Shown here: piece by piece, positions 35,443 to 44,054 of the stretch
Numbering within the stretch: position 1 is the stretch's first letter
Layout: each line of letters opens with the position of its first letter
DNA from: a virus
Taxonomy: Duplodnaviria; Caudoviricetes
Virus record (IMG/VR): IMGVR_UViG_3300045922_000164
Span: 1-60,962 of that record
DNA: 60,962 bases
Strand: one strand, 5' to 3'
Notes under the pieces: generated by a model
The model's input: only the letters and a program-made list of their open reading frames with translations
Told to the model about the DNA's origin: nothing
Database searches by the model: none
Program-made: the position numbers and the translations under genes

Positions 35443-35850
35443 CGCCTCCGAGACCCACCCGGGGTTTTCAGGAGTGCTGCCCAGCCGCGACACCTCGCGC
35501 CCTGTCGCGATCCTGCATCTGACCAATGCCTTGGGGCGGCACCCCTGAGTACCCTCGGTGGGCCGGGGGCAGGTCCTGACTCGTCGGTCGAGATGACGGC
35601 GGGAGTCAGGATACAACGGGGAACCGTGGGGCAGGGCTGAAACATCCCCATGCGATGGCGAAGGCAGCGTCGCAAGCCCGAAAAGGCTGCCGGGTGAAGT
35701 GCCTTGGCTCCATACGGCAGTGAGCCTGGCCTCTGAAGGAAACCCTGCGCTACAGGGCTAGAGGCTGGGCTCGTCCTTTCACCACCAGCAGTGGATGGGA
35801 GGACGCTGCATCGTAGCGTTGTGACGACATCTCCACAACGCGAGATATCC
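35443..35850 (+). ncRNA. Large highly structured ncRNA candidate (~410 nt)
   Basis: Nested long helices with G-U pairs in + sense, GGAA tetraloop, possible terminal pseudoknot. Confidence 0.65.
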
Positions 35851-35880
35851 CGAAAACCTAACCCCAAAAAAACGCCAAGT

Positions 35881-35976
35881 GGGGGGAAGGGTGAGGGGAA
35901 GTAGGGAAAGGGGGTGCGGGGGAAAGGGAGAAGGGGAGAGGGGAGGGTGCCCGAAAATGTTAGTGGCACTAACATT
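35881..35976 (+). other. Purine-rich tract of ten G-runs followed by a perfect 21-bp palindrome
   Basis: G3-G6 runs at 35881-35947; AATGTTAGTG-G-CACTAACATT at 35956-35976. Confidence 0.8.
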
Positions 35977-35978
35977 CC

Positions 35979-36269
35979 CTAGAGGTTGCGTTTCTCGCAT
36001 AGCATCCTTGTCTCCTCGACCGCCCTCCTGAAAGCTCTCATCACGTCCGCCCTGCTCAGGTGCGGAACCCTCCTTCTCCAGTCGAGAACATCGTGGCAGG
36101 CGGCGCAAGCGAACGCGCCCCAGTTGTCGTCCGCCTTGATCCCCATCCCCTTGCCGTGCTTCAGTTGATTCGAGTGCGCTAGCACGGTCGTCTCAGTGCC
36201 ACCGAGACAGACGCCCGGCAGCCTCATCGTGCAGGGCATCCCTCTGGCGGCCTCACGTATTTTCGTCAT
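35979..36269 (-). CDS. DUF1364-like zinc-binding nuclease-family protein
   Basis: C..RLPGVC....ETTVLAH...GMGIKADD...ACAACHD. Confidence 0.8.
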   Translation of the reverse strand: MTKIREAARGMPCTMRLPGVCLGGTETTVLAHSNQLKHGKGMGIKADDNWGAFACAACHDVLDWRRRVPHLSRADVMRAFRRAVEETRMLCEKRNL

Positions 36270-36750
36270 GCTGGATGAGCGCCGAGTACGGGATCCTGAT
36301 GTCGCGATGGAAGGCTTCCTTCGCGCTCTCCACGTGGTCGATGTCTGCCCGCGATGAGACTCCCAGGTGGATCCGCATCATCTCAGCAACAACCTCCTCG
36401 TCCGTCGGCTTCACGTCGTCACGAAGAAGGTTCAGGAGGGCGCGCTCGCGAAGGTGACTGAATCTGGCGAAGAACCACGTCCTGAAGTGCTCTGTGGCGC
36501 ACCAGCGTCCTGCAAGCACCGACAGAGGACCGCCCTTTCTTTCCTGCGCGACCGGCATCTCGTCGTCGCCGATCTCCACCATCACGCACGCAAGACGCTG
36601 ACCGGCGACCTTGCCGTGCTTCACCGTCATCCGCTTGAACACCTCAAGCTGCTCCGGATCGGAAAGCAGCAGCGTGATCTGCGCTCCACCGCTGTGGGTT
36701 TCCCTCCAGCCGAGCAGCATCACCTCACCCTGAAACGCCACGTTTTCCAT
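36253..36750 (-). CDS. Hypothetical protein
   Basis: Coupled to dnaB. Confidence 0.7.
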   Translation of the reverse strand: MENVAFQGEVMLLGWRETHSGGAQITLLLSDPEQLEVFKRMTVKHGKVAGQRLACVMVEIGDDEMPVAQERKGGPLSVLAGRWCATEHFRTWFFARFSHLRERALLNLLRDDVKPTDEEVVAEMMRIHLGVSSRADIDHVESAKEAFHRDIRIPYSALIQHDENT

Positions 36751-38054
36751 CAGAACGAACTCCTCTTCGGTTTCACGTTGATCGGCAGCTTCTCGCTCTC
36801 CTCGAACCTGGAGAACTCAGGAGAAAACTTCAGCGGGATCTCTCCGACCGGACCGTTCCTGTGCTTCCTCACGAGAACCTCAGCGTACCCCTTGAGAGAG
36901 TGGTCGTCAGGCATGTACACCTCCGGCCTGTGGATGAACATCACCACGTCCGCGTCCTGCTCGATCTCTCCGGAATCTCTGAGGTCAGAAAGCATCGGCC
37001 GCTTGTCTGGCCTCTTCTCCGGATCCCGGTTCAACTGGGCCAGGAGAAGCACCGGGGCGTCGAGTTCGCGAGCGAGAGCCTTCATCGCCCTGGAGATCGA
37101 GCCGACTTCCTGCGCCCTCGTCTCACCTGTGCCTCCAGACATGAGGCCCAAGTAGTCGACCACCACAAGATCCAGCCCGTGCTTCCTCTTGTGTCTGACG
37201 CACTTCACCCTGATGTCGGCGGCAGACTGCGCTGGCGTGTCGTCGACCCACAGGTTCATCTTCTCGATCGAGGCGACAGCGTCAACAAACCTGCGCCACC
37301 CGTCGTCCGCCATCTGGGACGGATACTGCATCAGGTGGCTGTAGATCCTGCCCTCTGAAGCGATCGCCCTCTCGATCAGTTCGTGCGCACCCATCTCCAT
37401 CGAGAACACGAGAACGCTCCCCCATCTGGCCACGTTTGACGCGATCGCCATCGCGAGGGATGTTTTCCCCATCGAAGGTCGGCCTGCAAGCACCACCAGG
37501 TTCTGCTTCCTGAGTCCGCCCGCCAGGGCGCGATCGATGAGTCCCGTCCTCACCCTGTCGGTTACCCCATCCTTCCTGCGCTGGATCTCGGTCGCGACAG
37601 CGGTCACGATCTCTCTCACGGAAACTGGACCGCCTGCGTGCGTTGACACGACAAGCTCCGAAATCCTGTCGTGCAGTCTTCCGAGAATCTCTGTCGCGCT
37701 CCCGGCGGATTCGGTCGCTTCCCTGAATGCGGCCGCCGCCTTCCTGAGCAGCGATCTGTCTCTGACGGTTTCCGCGTACCTCGCGATCAGAGAAGACCCA
37801 GGGACGGATGACGCAAGCTCGTTGAGCTTCGCGAGAAGATCGCGATCTTGATTCCCAAGCGAGCGCGCCCTCTCGAAGACGGTGATGATGTCGACCTTCT
37901 CTCCATCAAGGATCATCCGCCTGATGGTCGAGAAGATGAACCTGTATTCGGCGACGAAGAAGTCGTCGTCGTTCAGGCTGATGAGATCGAACGACTGTGG
38001 GTCGTTCAGAAGACACCCGAGTACCGCTGCCTCAGACTCAGGCGACTCACGCAT
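36750..38054 (-). CDS. dnaB: Replicative DNA helicase
   Basis: AGRPSMGKT, VDYLGL, AQLNR, LSDLRDSGEIEQDAD, RNGP. Confidence 0.95.
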   Translation of the reverse strand: MRESPESEAAVLGCLLNDPQSFDLISLNDDDFFVAEYRFIFSTIRRMILDGEKVDIITVFERARSLGNQDRDLLAKLNELASSVPGSSLIARYAETVRDRSLLRKAAAAFREATESAGSATEILGRLHDRISELVVSTHAGGPVSVREIVTAVATEIQRRKDGVTDRVRTGLIDRALAGGLRKQNLVVLAGRPSMGKTSLAMAIASNVARWGSVLVFSMEMGAHELIERAIASEGRIYSHLMQYPSQMADDGWRRFVDAVASIEKMNLWVDDTPAQSAADIRVKCVRHKRKHGLDLVVVDYLGLMSGGTGETRAQEVGSISRAMKALARELDAPVLLLAQLNRDPEKRPDKRPMLSDLRDSGEIEQDADVVMFIHRPEVYMPDDHSLKGYAEVLVRKHRNGPVGEIPLKFSPEFSRFEESEKLPINVKPKRSSF

Positions 38055-38913
38055 TGTCAGGATCCATGTCAGCGAGCCTGCCCCTCTCAGTCAGCCGGAC
38101 AGTCCCCTCTTCATCGAAATGCCACAGCCGGAACCAGTTCTCCTTGATGGTCCGCAGGAATACCGCTCTCCAGTCGATGTACTTCTTCCTGCGGTGCGGC
38201 TCACCGTAGAGGTAGCGGTTCCTGAAGTAGCGCGCGTGGAGGTTGATCATGTCCTCCGTCAGCCCGATCGATGCAGCGAACTGATACAGGGGCGGCCACC
38301 CTCTGTAGAACGGCTCCCCCCTTCGTTCGAGTTCTTCCATGTACTCGGCGAACGTACACATCGCCCCGGTGCCCCTGCCCAGATTTTTGTTGGGCACCTC
38401 CTCCATCAGGGCAAGCTGCTCGACGATGTTGAGTCGCCCGGAAAGCTCGTGCTCTATCACTGCATCGACATACCGTGGTGCCGTCTTCTTGTTCTTGCCG
38501 ATCCCCTGCTGGCGCTTCTCTCTCCACCTCCTCACTGCCTGCCTGAGCGCCTCCCTCTTCTCGTCAGAGACGTGCGCTGACGTGTAATCGAACGACCTGT
38601 GGACCATGATTTCGTAGTGCATCTCGGACCGCTGGAAGAGATACCTCCCTCCTGCTGGGCCGTTCGGGTTCTCGTAGTCCTCCTGGCACAGGACCTTCAG
38701 AGCGTGCCTGACATCGTACTCGTCTGTGCCGACGATGGCAGCGATCTTGGTGGGATCCATCTCCACCATGACCCTGCTTTCTTCGTCAGGGCGCGCGTGC
38801 GCTATCGCGTACATCCAGACGGCGAACACGGTAGGCCCCTGCCCCAGAAGTGGGCCGCTGAAAATCGCAGGCTGAACGATGGCAATCCATTCATGGTAGG
38901 CGGGTGAACTCAT
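38047..38913 (-). CDS. Putative replication initiator protein
   Basis: Upstream of dnaB; initiator-like layout (N-terminal wHTH, RQAVRRWRE linker, KYIDWRAVF..W C-terminus). Confidence 0.6.
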   Translation of the reverse strand: MSSPAYHEWIAIVQPAIFSGPLLGQGPTVFAVWMYAIAHARPDEESRVMVEMDPTKIAAIVGTDEYDVRHALKVLCQEDYENPNGPAGGRYLFQRSEMHYEIMVHRSFDYTSAHVSDEKREALRQAVRRWREKRQQGIGKNKKTAPRYVDAVIEHELSGRLNIVEQLALMEEVPNKNLGRGTGAMCTFAEYMEELERRGEPFYRGWPPLYQFAASIGLTEDMINLHARYFRNRYLYGEPHRRKKYIDWRAVFLRTIKENWFRLWHFDEEGTVRLTERGRLADMDPDNA

Positions 38914-39151
38914 AGTTGCATGATCTGCATCGGATCTTTTGCGGAATGAGCCTTTGGTCGAATGGCTCTTTCGTGTTGGCGAGGATGATGTAGGTGCCGA
39001 CGGTTGCCGCGATCTTCGGATGCGGCACCCCGATCGGGACCATCGAGATGTGGCCGCACTTCGTGCAGCCGAATGGCACAAGCTCGAACTCGTCAGGCTT
39101 CTCAGGCCACTCAAGCACCTGCCATGTCTTGTATTCGCCTGGTGACGGCAT
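38891..39151 (-). CDS. Small zinc-ribbon protein
   Basis: CTKC and CRSC pairs. Confidence 0.55.
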   Translation of the reverse strand: MPSPGEYKTWQVLEWPEKPDEFELVPFGCTKCGHISMVPIGVPHPKIAATVGTYIILANTKEPFDQRLIPQKIRCRSCNYEFTRLP

Positions 39152-39154
39152 AGA

Positions 39155-39180
39155 CAAAATCGGGGGCCGAAGCCCCCGTA
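39155..39180 (-). terminator. Intrinsic terminator
   Basis: CGGGGGC-TTCG-GCCCCCG then ATTTT on the minus strand. Confidence 0.7.
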
Positions 39181-39196
39181 GATGTGTTGTCAGGTG

Positions 39197-39412
39197 TCAG
39201 ACCTCGGCGTGAGCGCTCTTCCTCCCGCGAGGGCGCGCCTCCACATCCTCGATCTCGACGCCGCTGCGAGCCAGCTCGTAGATTTCCTCCGGCTTCGCAA
39301 CCTCAGCCACGATCGAGGTGCGGGCTGCGTGACTGACCGCAGCCTGCTGATTGTAGGCCCGGACGAGCCGGGGACCGTCGGAAGTCAGAACCTTGTAGAT
39401 CCTCAAGTTCAT
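39197..39412 (-). CDS. Small hypothetical protein
   Basis: RLVRA..QQAAV.H pattern; GAGGTG RBS. Confidence 0.7.
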   Translation of the reverse strand: MNLRIYKVLTSDGPRLVRAYNQQAAVSHAARTSIVAEVAKPEEIYELARSGVEIEDVEARPRGRKSAHAEV

Positions 39413-39446
39413 GTGTCACCTCACAAAAGCACGGCTGACGCTGCCG

Positions 39447-39686
39447 TTAGCGTTCGACTTTCGCCGAAATCCTCCGCCTGCGCGCTGCCGCGATCTGCTC
39501 CACAGAGATGTCTCCGCACCCGCAGCGCTTCCAGCTAACCACGATACGCACCGCCAGAGACAGCGATGGTGTCGAGTGACCGCGCACGATCTTGCTGAGG
39601 TAAGCCTCAGTCGTGCCGGCCATCTCGGCGATCTTCCTGCGCGTTGCGCGCGGCAGTCGCATGTACGAGCGGTGCAGCCTGTTCAC
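39447..39686 (-). CDS. Cro/CI-type HTH regulator, probably leaderless
   Basis: RKIAEMAGTTEAYLSKIVRGHSTPS; GTG 6 nt after a TACAAT -10. Confidence 0.75.
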   Translation of the reverse strand: MNRLHRSYMRLPRATRRKIAEMAGTTEAYLSKIVRGHSTPSLSLAVRIVVSWKRCGCGDISVEQIAAARRRRISAKVER

Positions 39687-39692
39687 TCGGGC

Positions 39693-39758
39693 ATTGTACC
39701 TATTCGGTACAAGAGAAGTCAACACCCCGCTTGACAGATTGTCCTCAATTGGTACAAT
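39693..39758. promoter_or_regulatory. Back-to-back sigma70 promoters with two related operators
   Basis: Minus TTGACT-N18-TACAAT; plus TTGACA-N16-TACAAT; TTGTACC-N5-GGTACAA (39694-712) and TTGTCCT-N5-GGTACAA (39739-757). Confidence 0.85.
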
Positions 39759-39781
39759 CGGACACCCATAGCGGAGGGATC

Positions 39782-40861
39782 ATGTTTAAACCAGCAACGA
39801 ACTCGATGGCATACCTCAAGGCCGGGATCATGGGGTTCCAGGGGTCCGGCAAGACCCACACCTCTGTCGCGATCGCGGTCGGCCTCATGCTCCACATGCG
39901 GGAGCGCAAGCTCGAAGCGGGCATGCGCCCGGTGTTCTTTCTCGATACCGAGACGGGGTCGGATTGGGTCAAGCCCCTGTTCGACGAGCACGGGATCGAG
40001 CTTCAGGTCGCGAAGACGCGAGCGTTCGATGACCTGATTCCCGCCGTCAACGAGGCGGAGAAGGCCGGCAGCGTCCTCATCATCGACTCCATCACCCACT
40101 TCTGGCGCGACCTCACCGAGAGCTACGCGCGCGCCAAGAACCGGTTCAGGCTTCAGTTCGAGGACTGGGCCTACCTCAAGAAGCGGTGGGGCGAGTACAC
40201 CGACCGCTACGTCAACTCCTGGGTCCACATCATCATGGCGGGCCGGGCCGGGTACGAGTACGACTTCTTCGAGGACGAGGAGACCAAGAAGAAGGAGCTT
40301 GAGAAGACCGGCATCAGGATGAAGGCCGAAGGCGAGACCGGCTTCGAGCCGAGCCTGCTCATCCTGATGGAGCGGAAGATGGACATCTCCGGCGATGTCC
40401 CGAAAATGCACTTCGAGGCGCACGTCCTGAAGGACCGCAGCCGACGCATCGACGGGAAAACGTTCATCTTCGACCACAACACGCCGCTGCTCGACACCTA
40501 CTCGAAGTTTGCCCCCCACATCGAGTACCTGAACCTCGGCGGGCAGCACTTCGGTGTGGACACCTCCCGCACCACCGACATCCCGGACGACAAGAGCAAG
40601 AGGGACTGGAGGTGGCGTGAGCAGCAGCGCGCCATCATCCTCGACCGCATCAAGGCCGCCTTCGTCGAGGCCGGCATGGACGGGAACTCGGCTGACGTGA
40701 AGAAGCGCCGGATCGAGCTTCTGCGCGAGTGCTTCAAGACCAATAGCTGGATCGAGATCGAGTCGCGTCTGGCCCTCGAAGAGATCGAGGAGGGCCACGA
40801 CAGACTCATCCTGGCATTGCATCCGGAGAAGGCGAAGGAGCCTGAGGAGGCTGTGAAGTGA
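39782..40861 (+). CDS. AAA-family ATPase, Sak4-like recombination protein
   Basis: GFQGSGKT, FLDTE, LIIDSITH; GGAGG RBS. Confidence 0.75.
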   Translation: MFKPATNSMAYLKAGIMGFQGSGKTHTSVAIAVGLMLHMRERKLEAGMRPVFFLDTETGSDWVKPLFDEHGIELQVAKTRAFDDLIPAVNEAEKAGSVLIIDSITHFWRDLTESYARAKNRFRLQFEDWAYLKKRWGEYTDRYVNSWVHIIMAGRAGYEYDFFEDEETKKKELEKTGIRMKAEGETGFEPSLLILMERKMDISGDVPKMHFEAHVLKDRSRRIDGKTFIFDHNTPLLDTYSKFAPHIEYLNLGGQHFGVDTSRTTDIPDDKSKRDWRWREQQRAIILDRIKAAFVEAGMDGNSADVKKRRIELLRECFKTNSWIEIESRLALEEIEEGHDRLILALHPEKAKEPEEAVK

Positions 40862-40928
40862 GATTGATCATCTGGAGCGTGCTCATCATCATCGTTCTGG
40901 GTTGGCTGCTTGCATTCTCGGGTGCGCT

Positions 40929-41087
40929 GTGATCGACCGCGACTACATCCGGGATGTCCTTGAGAAGCTGGCCGCGCTCGCAATGCACAAGCACTCTGAT
41001 GTCTCTGTCGCGGATGAGGCGATCGAGGTGATCTGTCAACTGATGGAGGTTATCGATGGCAAGGACGAGCATCGAGAAAACTGCTGA
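40929..41087 (+). CDS. Small hypothetical protein
   Basis: GTG start within ORF 40902-41087. Confidence 0.5.
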   Translation: MIDRDYIRDVLEKLAALAMHKHSDVSVADEAIEVICQLMEVIDGKDEHRENC

Positions 41088-41433
41088 GCGGGTGATGCTG
41101 GCGCACAAGATCCCCGCGTGGCGTGTGGAGTTCGCGTTCGCCAGGCCGCGCCGCTGGAGGTTCGACTTCGCGTGGCCCGAGCAGATGGTCGCCCTCGAAG
41201 TGGAGGGCGGAATCTGGGTAGCAGGAAGGCACAGCAGGCCGACCGGGTACGCGGCCGACTGCGAGAAGTACAACGAGGCGGCCATCCGTGGGTGGAAGGT
41301 GATCCGGGCCACCGGAGATCACGTCAAGAGCGGGGAGTTCGTGGGATGGGTGAAGAGAGCACTTGGCTTAGAACAGTCGGGTACTACGGGCCGGAGCTTC
41401 GCGTCTGGTCGGCGGTCACGGTCGCAGCGGTGA
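41056..41433 (+). CDS. PD-(D/E)XK endonuclease (DUF559/Vsr-like)
   Basis: RRWRFDFAWP...ALEVEGG...DCEKYN...GW.VIR. Confidence 0.8.
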   Translation: MARTSIEKTAERVMLAHKIPAWRVEFAFARPRRWRFDFAWPEQMVALEVEGGIWVAGRHSRPTGYAADCEKYNEAAIRGWKVIRATGDHVKSGEFVGWVKRALGLEQSGTTGRSFASGRRSRSQR

Positions 41434-41630
41434 TCTTCGCGGTCGTCGCGTTCGGCCCGCTCCAGTGGTACTACACCAGCGTCGGGGCGGCTGAAGCTCG
41501 TGCGGCAGAGCACGCGAGACGGAACGAGGCGATCAGGAAGTGCGGTAAAGGTTCTGTGGCCTACATCGAAGCGAAGTCGGGCAACGTGTTGTGTGCTGGC
41601 AAATGGTTGAATGCGGAGAGCAAACAATGA
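41346..41630 (+). CDS. Membrane-anchored hypothetical protein
   Basis: Single TM segment; ATG at 41346. Confidence 0.5.
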   Translation: MGEESTWLRTVGYYGPELRVWSAVTVAAVIFAVVAFGPLQWYYTSVGAAEARAAEHARRNEAIRKCGKGSVAYIEAKSGNVLCAGKWLNAESKQ

Positions 41631-41858
41631 ATGAATACCCGGTGAAAGAACTAAACAGGTGTGAAGACTCTCTCTGTAGACGATGTAATCTGCGCTCTTT
41701 TTATCATAACATCGAAATATGAAAGTACATGTAATGACAGTAGCGTTCTGAAGCATATTGTTGAAGCTGGCAACCACCTTATCTTTGCGGTTGAGAAAAT
41801 CAAAGCCGCGAAGAGGATACTTAATGGCGAATTGCAATGAATGTCTGGGTAGTACCGT

Positions 41859-42131
41859 ATGAAGAATGACTTTGACGAGTTTGTCAGGAAGACTGTCAGC
41901 AAATCGATAAGGCTTGAAAGAGAGAAAGCTGGACCTGTGACTTGCGTGGTGAGCAGGACTCGCACTACTGAAGGTTTCGCGGAAATCGAGCTGGTGATTG
42001 ATAATCGAGTGGTGCTGAGGTTTTCTAACGACACTTACGGGGACAGCTATGAAATTGTGGCAAGGCGCGTTGCTGAGTTGATCCTTGATGTGGCGAGCAA
42101 CCCATGCTCGTTGAATGGTCTCAGGGGGTAA
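41859..42131 (+). CDS. Hypothetical protein (lower GC)
   Basis: ORF track. Confidence 0.55.
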   Translation: MKNDFDEFVRKTVSKSIRLEREKAGPVTCVVSRTRTTEGFAEIELVIDNRVVLRFSNDTYGDSYEIVARRVAELILDVASNPCSLNGLRG

Positions 42132-42133
42132 CT

Positions 42134-42628
42134 ATGAGTCCGCTGAGAATCGTCTTTCAGTTCCTCTTTGAGCTTCTGTGCATTCCTTTGGCAGTTGTAG
42201 GCGTGCCGATTGTGGTGCTGTTCGCCAAATGGGACGACTACGAGACCGATTTCTCTGGTGGTTGTGCCCCCAACGGCCCGCCGGCGATCCGTGGCGATCT
42301 GCCCAAGTGGGCCGCCTGGTTCGGAACCTTTGACGAGCGGCTGCCTGGAGGCATGTACGAACCGTCGGTAGCTCGCGTCTACCAGAAATACGGCCGCTAT
42401 GTCTGCTCGCTGTACTGGCTGATTGTCAGGAACCGAATGTTCGGCTTGATGAAGTTCCTATTTGGAAAGCCAGCTGAACGGCATGAGCAAAGCGAGTTCG
42501 TCATGCACGAGGTCGGTCCATTCATGATTGGATGGGGTACGAAGGTCTACCGCGCCACCCCGACCGCTCACTGGAGAGACGGGCCTTTCGTTCGTTGCCC
42601 GTCGGTGACGATCCGATTGAAGCGATGA
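42134..42628 (+). CDS. Hypothetical membrane-associated protein
   Basis: LPKWAAWF.T.D..LPG...WL.RN motif. Confidence 0.65.
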   Translation: MSPLRIVFQFLFELLCIPLAVVGVPIVVLFAKWDDYETDFSGGCAPNGPPAIRGDLPKWAAWFGTFDERLPGGMYEPSVARVYQKYGRYVCSLYWLIVRNRMFGLMKFLFGKPAERHEQSEFVMHEVGPFMIGWGTKVYRATPTAHWRDGPFVRCPSVTIRLKR

Positions 42629-42795
42629 AGTCGAGCAACTACTACGTCAGGTTCCCGAGGAGCTTGCGGGAGGCTGAGCATCGTGTCTACATGCACACCG
42701 AACAGGTAATGACGGCGCGCACGATGCTCAGGTATCCTGTGCGCGCCTACCGCAGACCCATCGATAACATCTTCAGACTACTGGGGTTCTCATGA
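42625..42795 (+). CDS. Small hypothetical protein
   Basis: ATGA overlaps at both ends; RFPRSLREA. Confidence 0.55.
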   Translation: MKSSNYYVRFPRSLREAEHRVYMHTEQVMTARTMLRYPVRAYRRPIDNIFRLLGFS

Positions 42796-43187
42796 TCTTT
42801 CTCGACAGACCAGACGGCGACTGGATTGCTCGCGCTCTTGAGGACGGAACGTTCGAGTTCAACCCGAACATACCTGATGCGAAAGAGAGATTCCTTGCGG
42901 CCAACCCGACGCTCGGGAAGGCGATCGTCGCAGGTGTGGACGCGAAGGCAGAGCTGTCGGAAATCAGAAAGGCTTCCACCCAAACTGAGGCGGAGGCAGA
43001 GCTGTCGAGGCTGCGTGACGTAGACAACAGACTGAAGATTGTGCTCGGCGCGCTCAGGTTCATCGTCTACCAGTATTCGATTGAGAAGACAGATGAGTCG
43101 ATGAGGGCTATCGGCAAGATGTTCGGCCAGAATCTTGTCGATCTCATCTACCAGGAGCCAAGGCCACCTAGGGAGACTCGGCAATGA
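42792..43187 (+). CDS. Hypothetical protein
   Basis: ATGA-coupled ORF. Confidence 0.65.
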   Translation: MIFLDRPDGDWIARALEDGTFEFNPNIPDAKERFLAANPTLGKAIVAGVDAKAELSEIRKASTQTEAEAELSRLRDVDNRLKIVLGALRFIVYQYSIEKTDESMRAIGKMFGQNLVDLIYQEPRPPRETRQ

Positions 43188-43378
43188 GAGCAATCGTCTT
43201 CGCTGTTCTGCTCGCCTTCTCGACCGCATCCGAGGCAGCGACAGCGTTCTTGGTTCGGTGCGACATCGGTATGTCGGTGACGGGTCGCACCATCTACATC
43301 GGCACCTACCAGTACGCAGGCAGATACTTCAAGGTGTCGTTCGATCACTACTGCCCGCCGACGATCGAGGTCTACTGA
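43184..43378 (+). CDS. Small secreted protein
   Basis: Signal peptide, two Cys. Confidence 0.65.
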   Translation: MRAIVFAVLLAFSTASEAATAFLVRCDIGMSVTGRTIYIGTYQYAGRYFKVSFDHYCPPTIEVY

Positions 43379-43773
43379 TGATCAACAAGGTGATTCTGGT
43401 TGGACGGGTTGGCAAGGACCCGGTGCTCAAGAGCACGAAGAACGGTTATGACGTGTGCGCGATCACGCTCGCCACGACGGAGCGCTGGAAGGACTCGAAG
43501 GGAGACAAGCAGGAGGCGACCGAGTGGCACTACGTCAAGTTCTACGGCAAGGTGTCGAGGATCATCGCAGACTACGTGCGCAAGGGCTCCATGCTCTATG
43601 TCGAGGGGAAGATCCACACCGTGAAGGCGGACGACAAATACTTCACCGAGATCGTCTGCGACAGGTTCCAGTTCCTCCCAGACGGCAAGACCAACGGGAG
43701 GTCCAGGGAGGAGCCCAAGGCGGAGTCCAATCAGGCTGGCATCGAGTCCATTGAGGACGACATCCCGTGGTGA
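43378..43773 (+). CDS. ssb: Single-stranded DNA-binding protein
   Basis: NKVILVGRVGKDP, TEWH, KGSMLYVEG, acidic tail DDIPW. Confidence 0.95.
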   Translation: MINKVILVGRVGKDPVLKSTKNGYDVCAITLATTERWKDSKGDKQEATEWHYVKFYGKVSRIIADYVRKGSMLYVEGKIHTVKADDKYFTEIVCDRFQFLPDGKTNGRSREEPKAESNQAGIESIEDDIPW

Positions 43774-44054
43774 AGAACTACCTCGTTGACGAGGAGAGAG
43801 AGCGCCGGCTCAGGGCACAGGTCGAGTCTGCCCTGCGCCGGATCCCTCCTGAAGTCGTCAACGGCGGAGTGATGAGGGCGCAAGCCTACAAGCGGTGGGC
43901 TGAGGAAGCCATCAGGATCCTGAAGAACCCGAAATCTGTGCCTGGGCAGTTCGAGTCGCTCATGTTCCACCTGAACTACCTGTGCAGCGACGAGTTCATG
44001 GTCGCACCTTCTCGGCCGTCTTCTTCGCCTCCTCCCGAAGACGATCAACCCTGA
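43767..44054 (+). CDS. Hypothetical protein
   Basis: ORF track; overlaps the 3' end of the giant gene. Confidence 0.55.
   Translation: MVKNYLVDEERERRLRAQVESALRRIPPEVVNGGVMRAQAYKRWAEEAIRILKNPKSVPGQFESLMFHLNYLCSDEFMVAPSRPSSSPPPEDDQP

Noticed and set aside
35391-35975. 195-aa N-terminal extension of the endolysin in the ORF track
   Set aside because: Low-complexity translation of the antisense of a structured, G-rich region; the GH19 sequence starts at MIDAR (35390) right after a -10 element.
41627-41860. AT-rich segment as a gene or ncRNA
   Set aside because: Only very short ORFs and no convincing structure; possibly a decayed gene.
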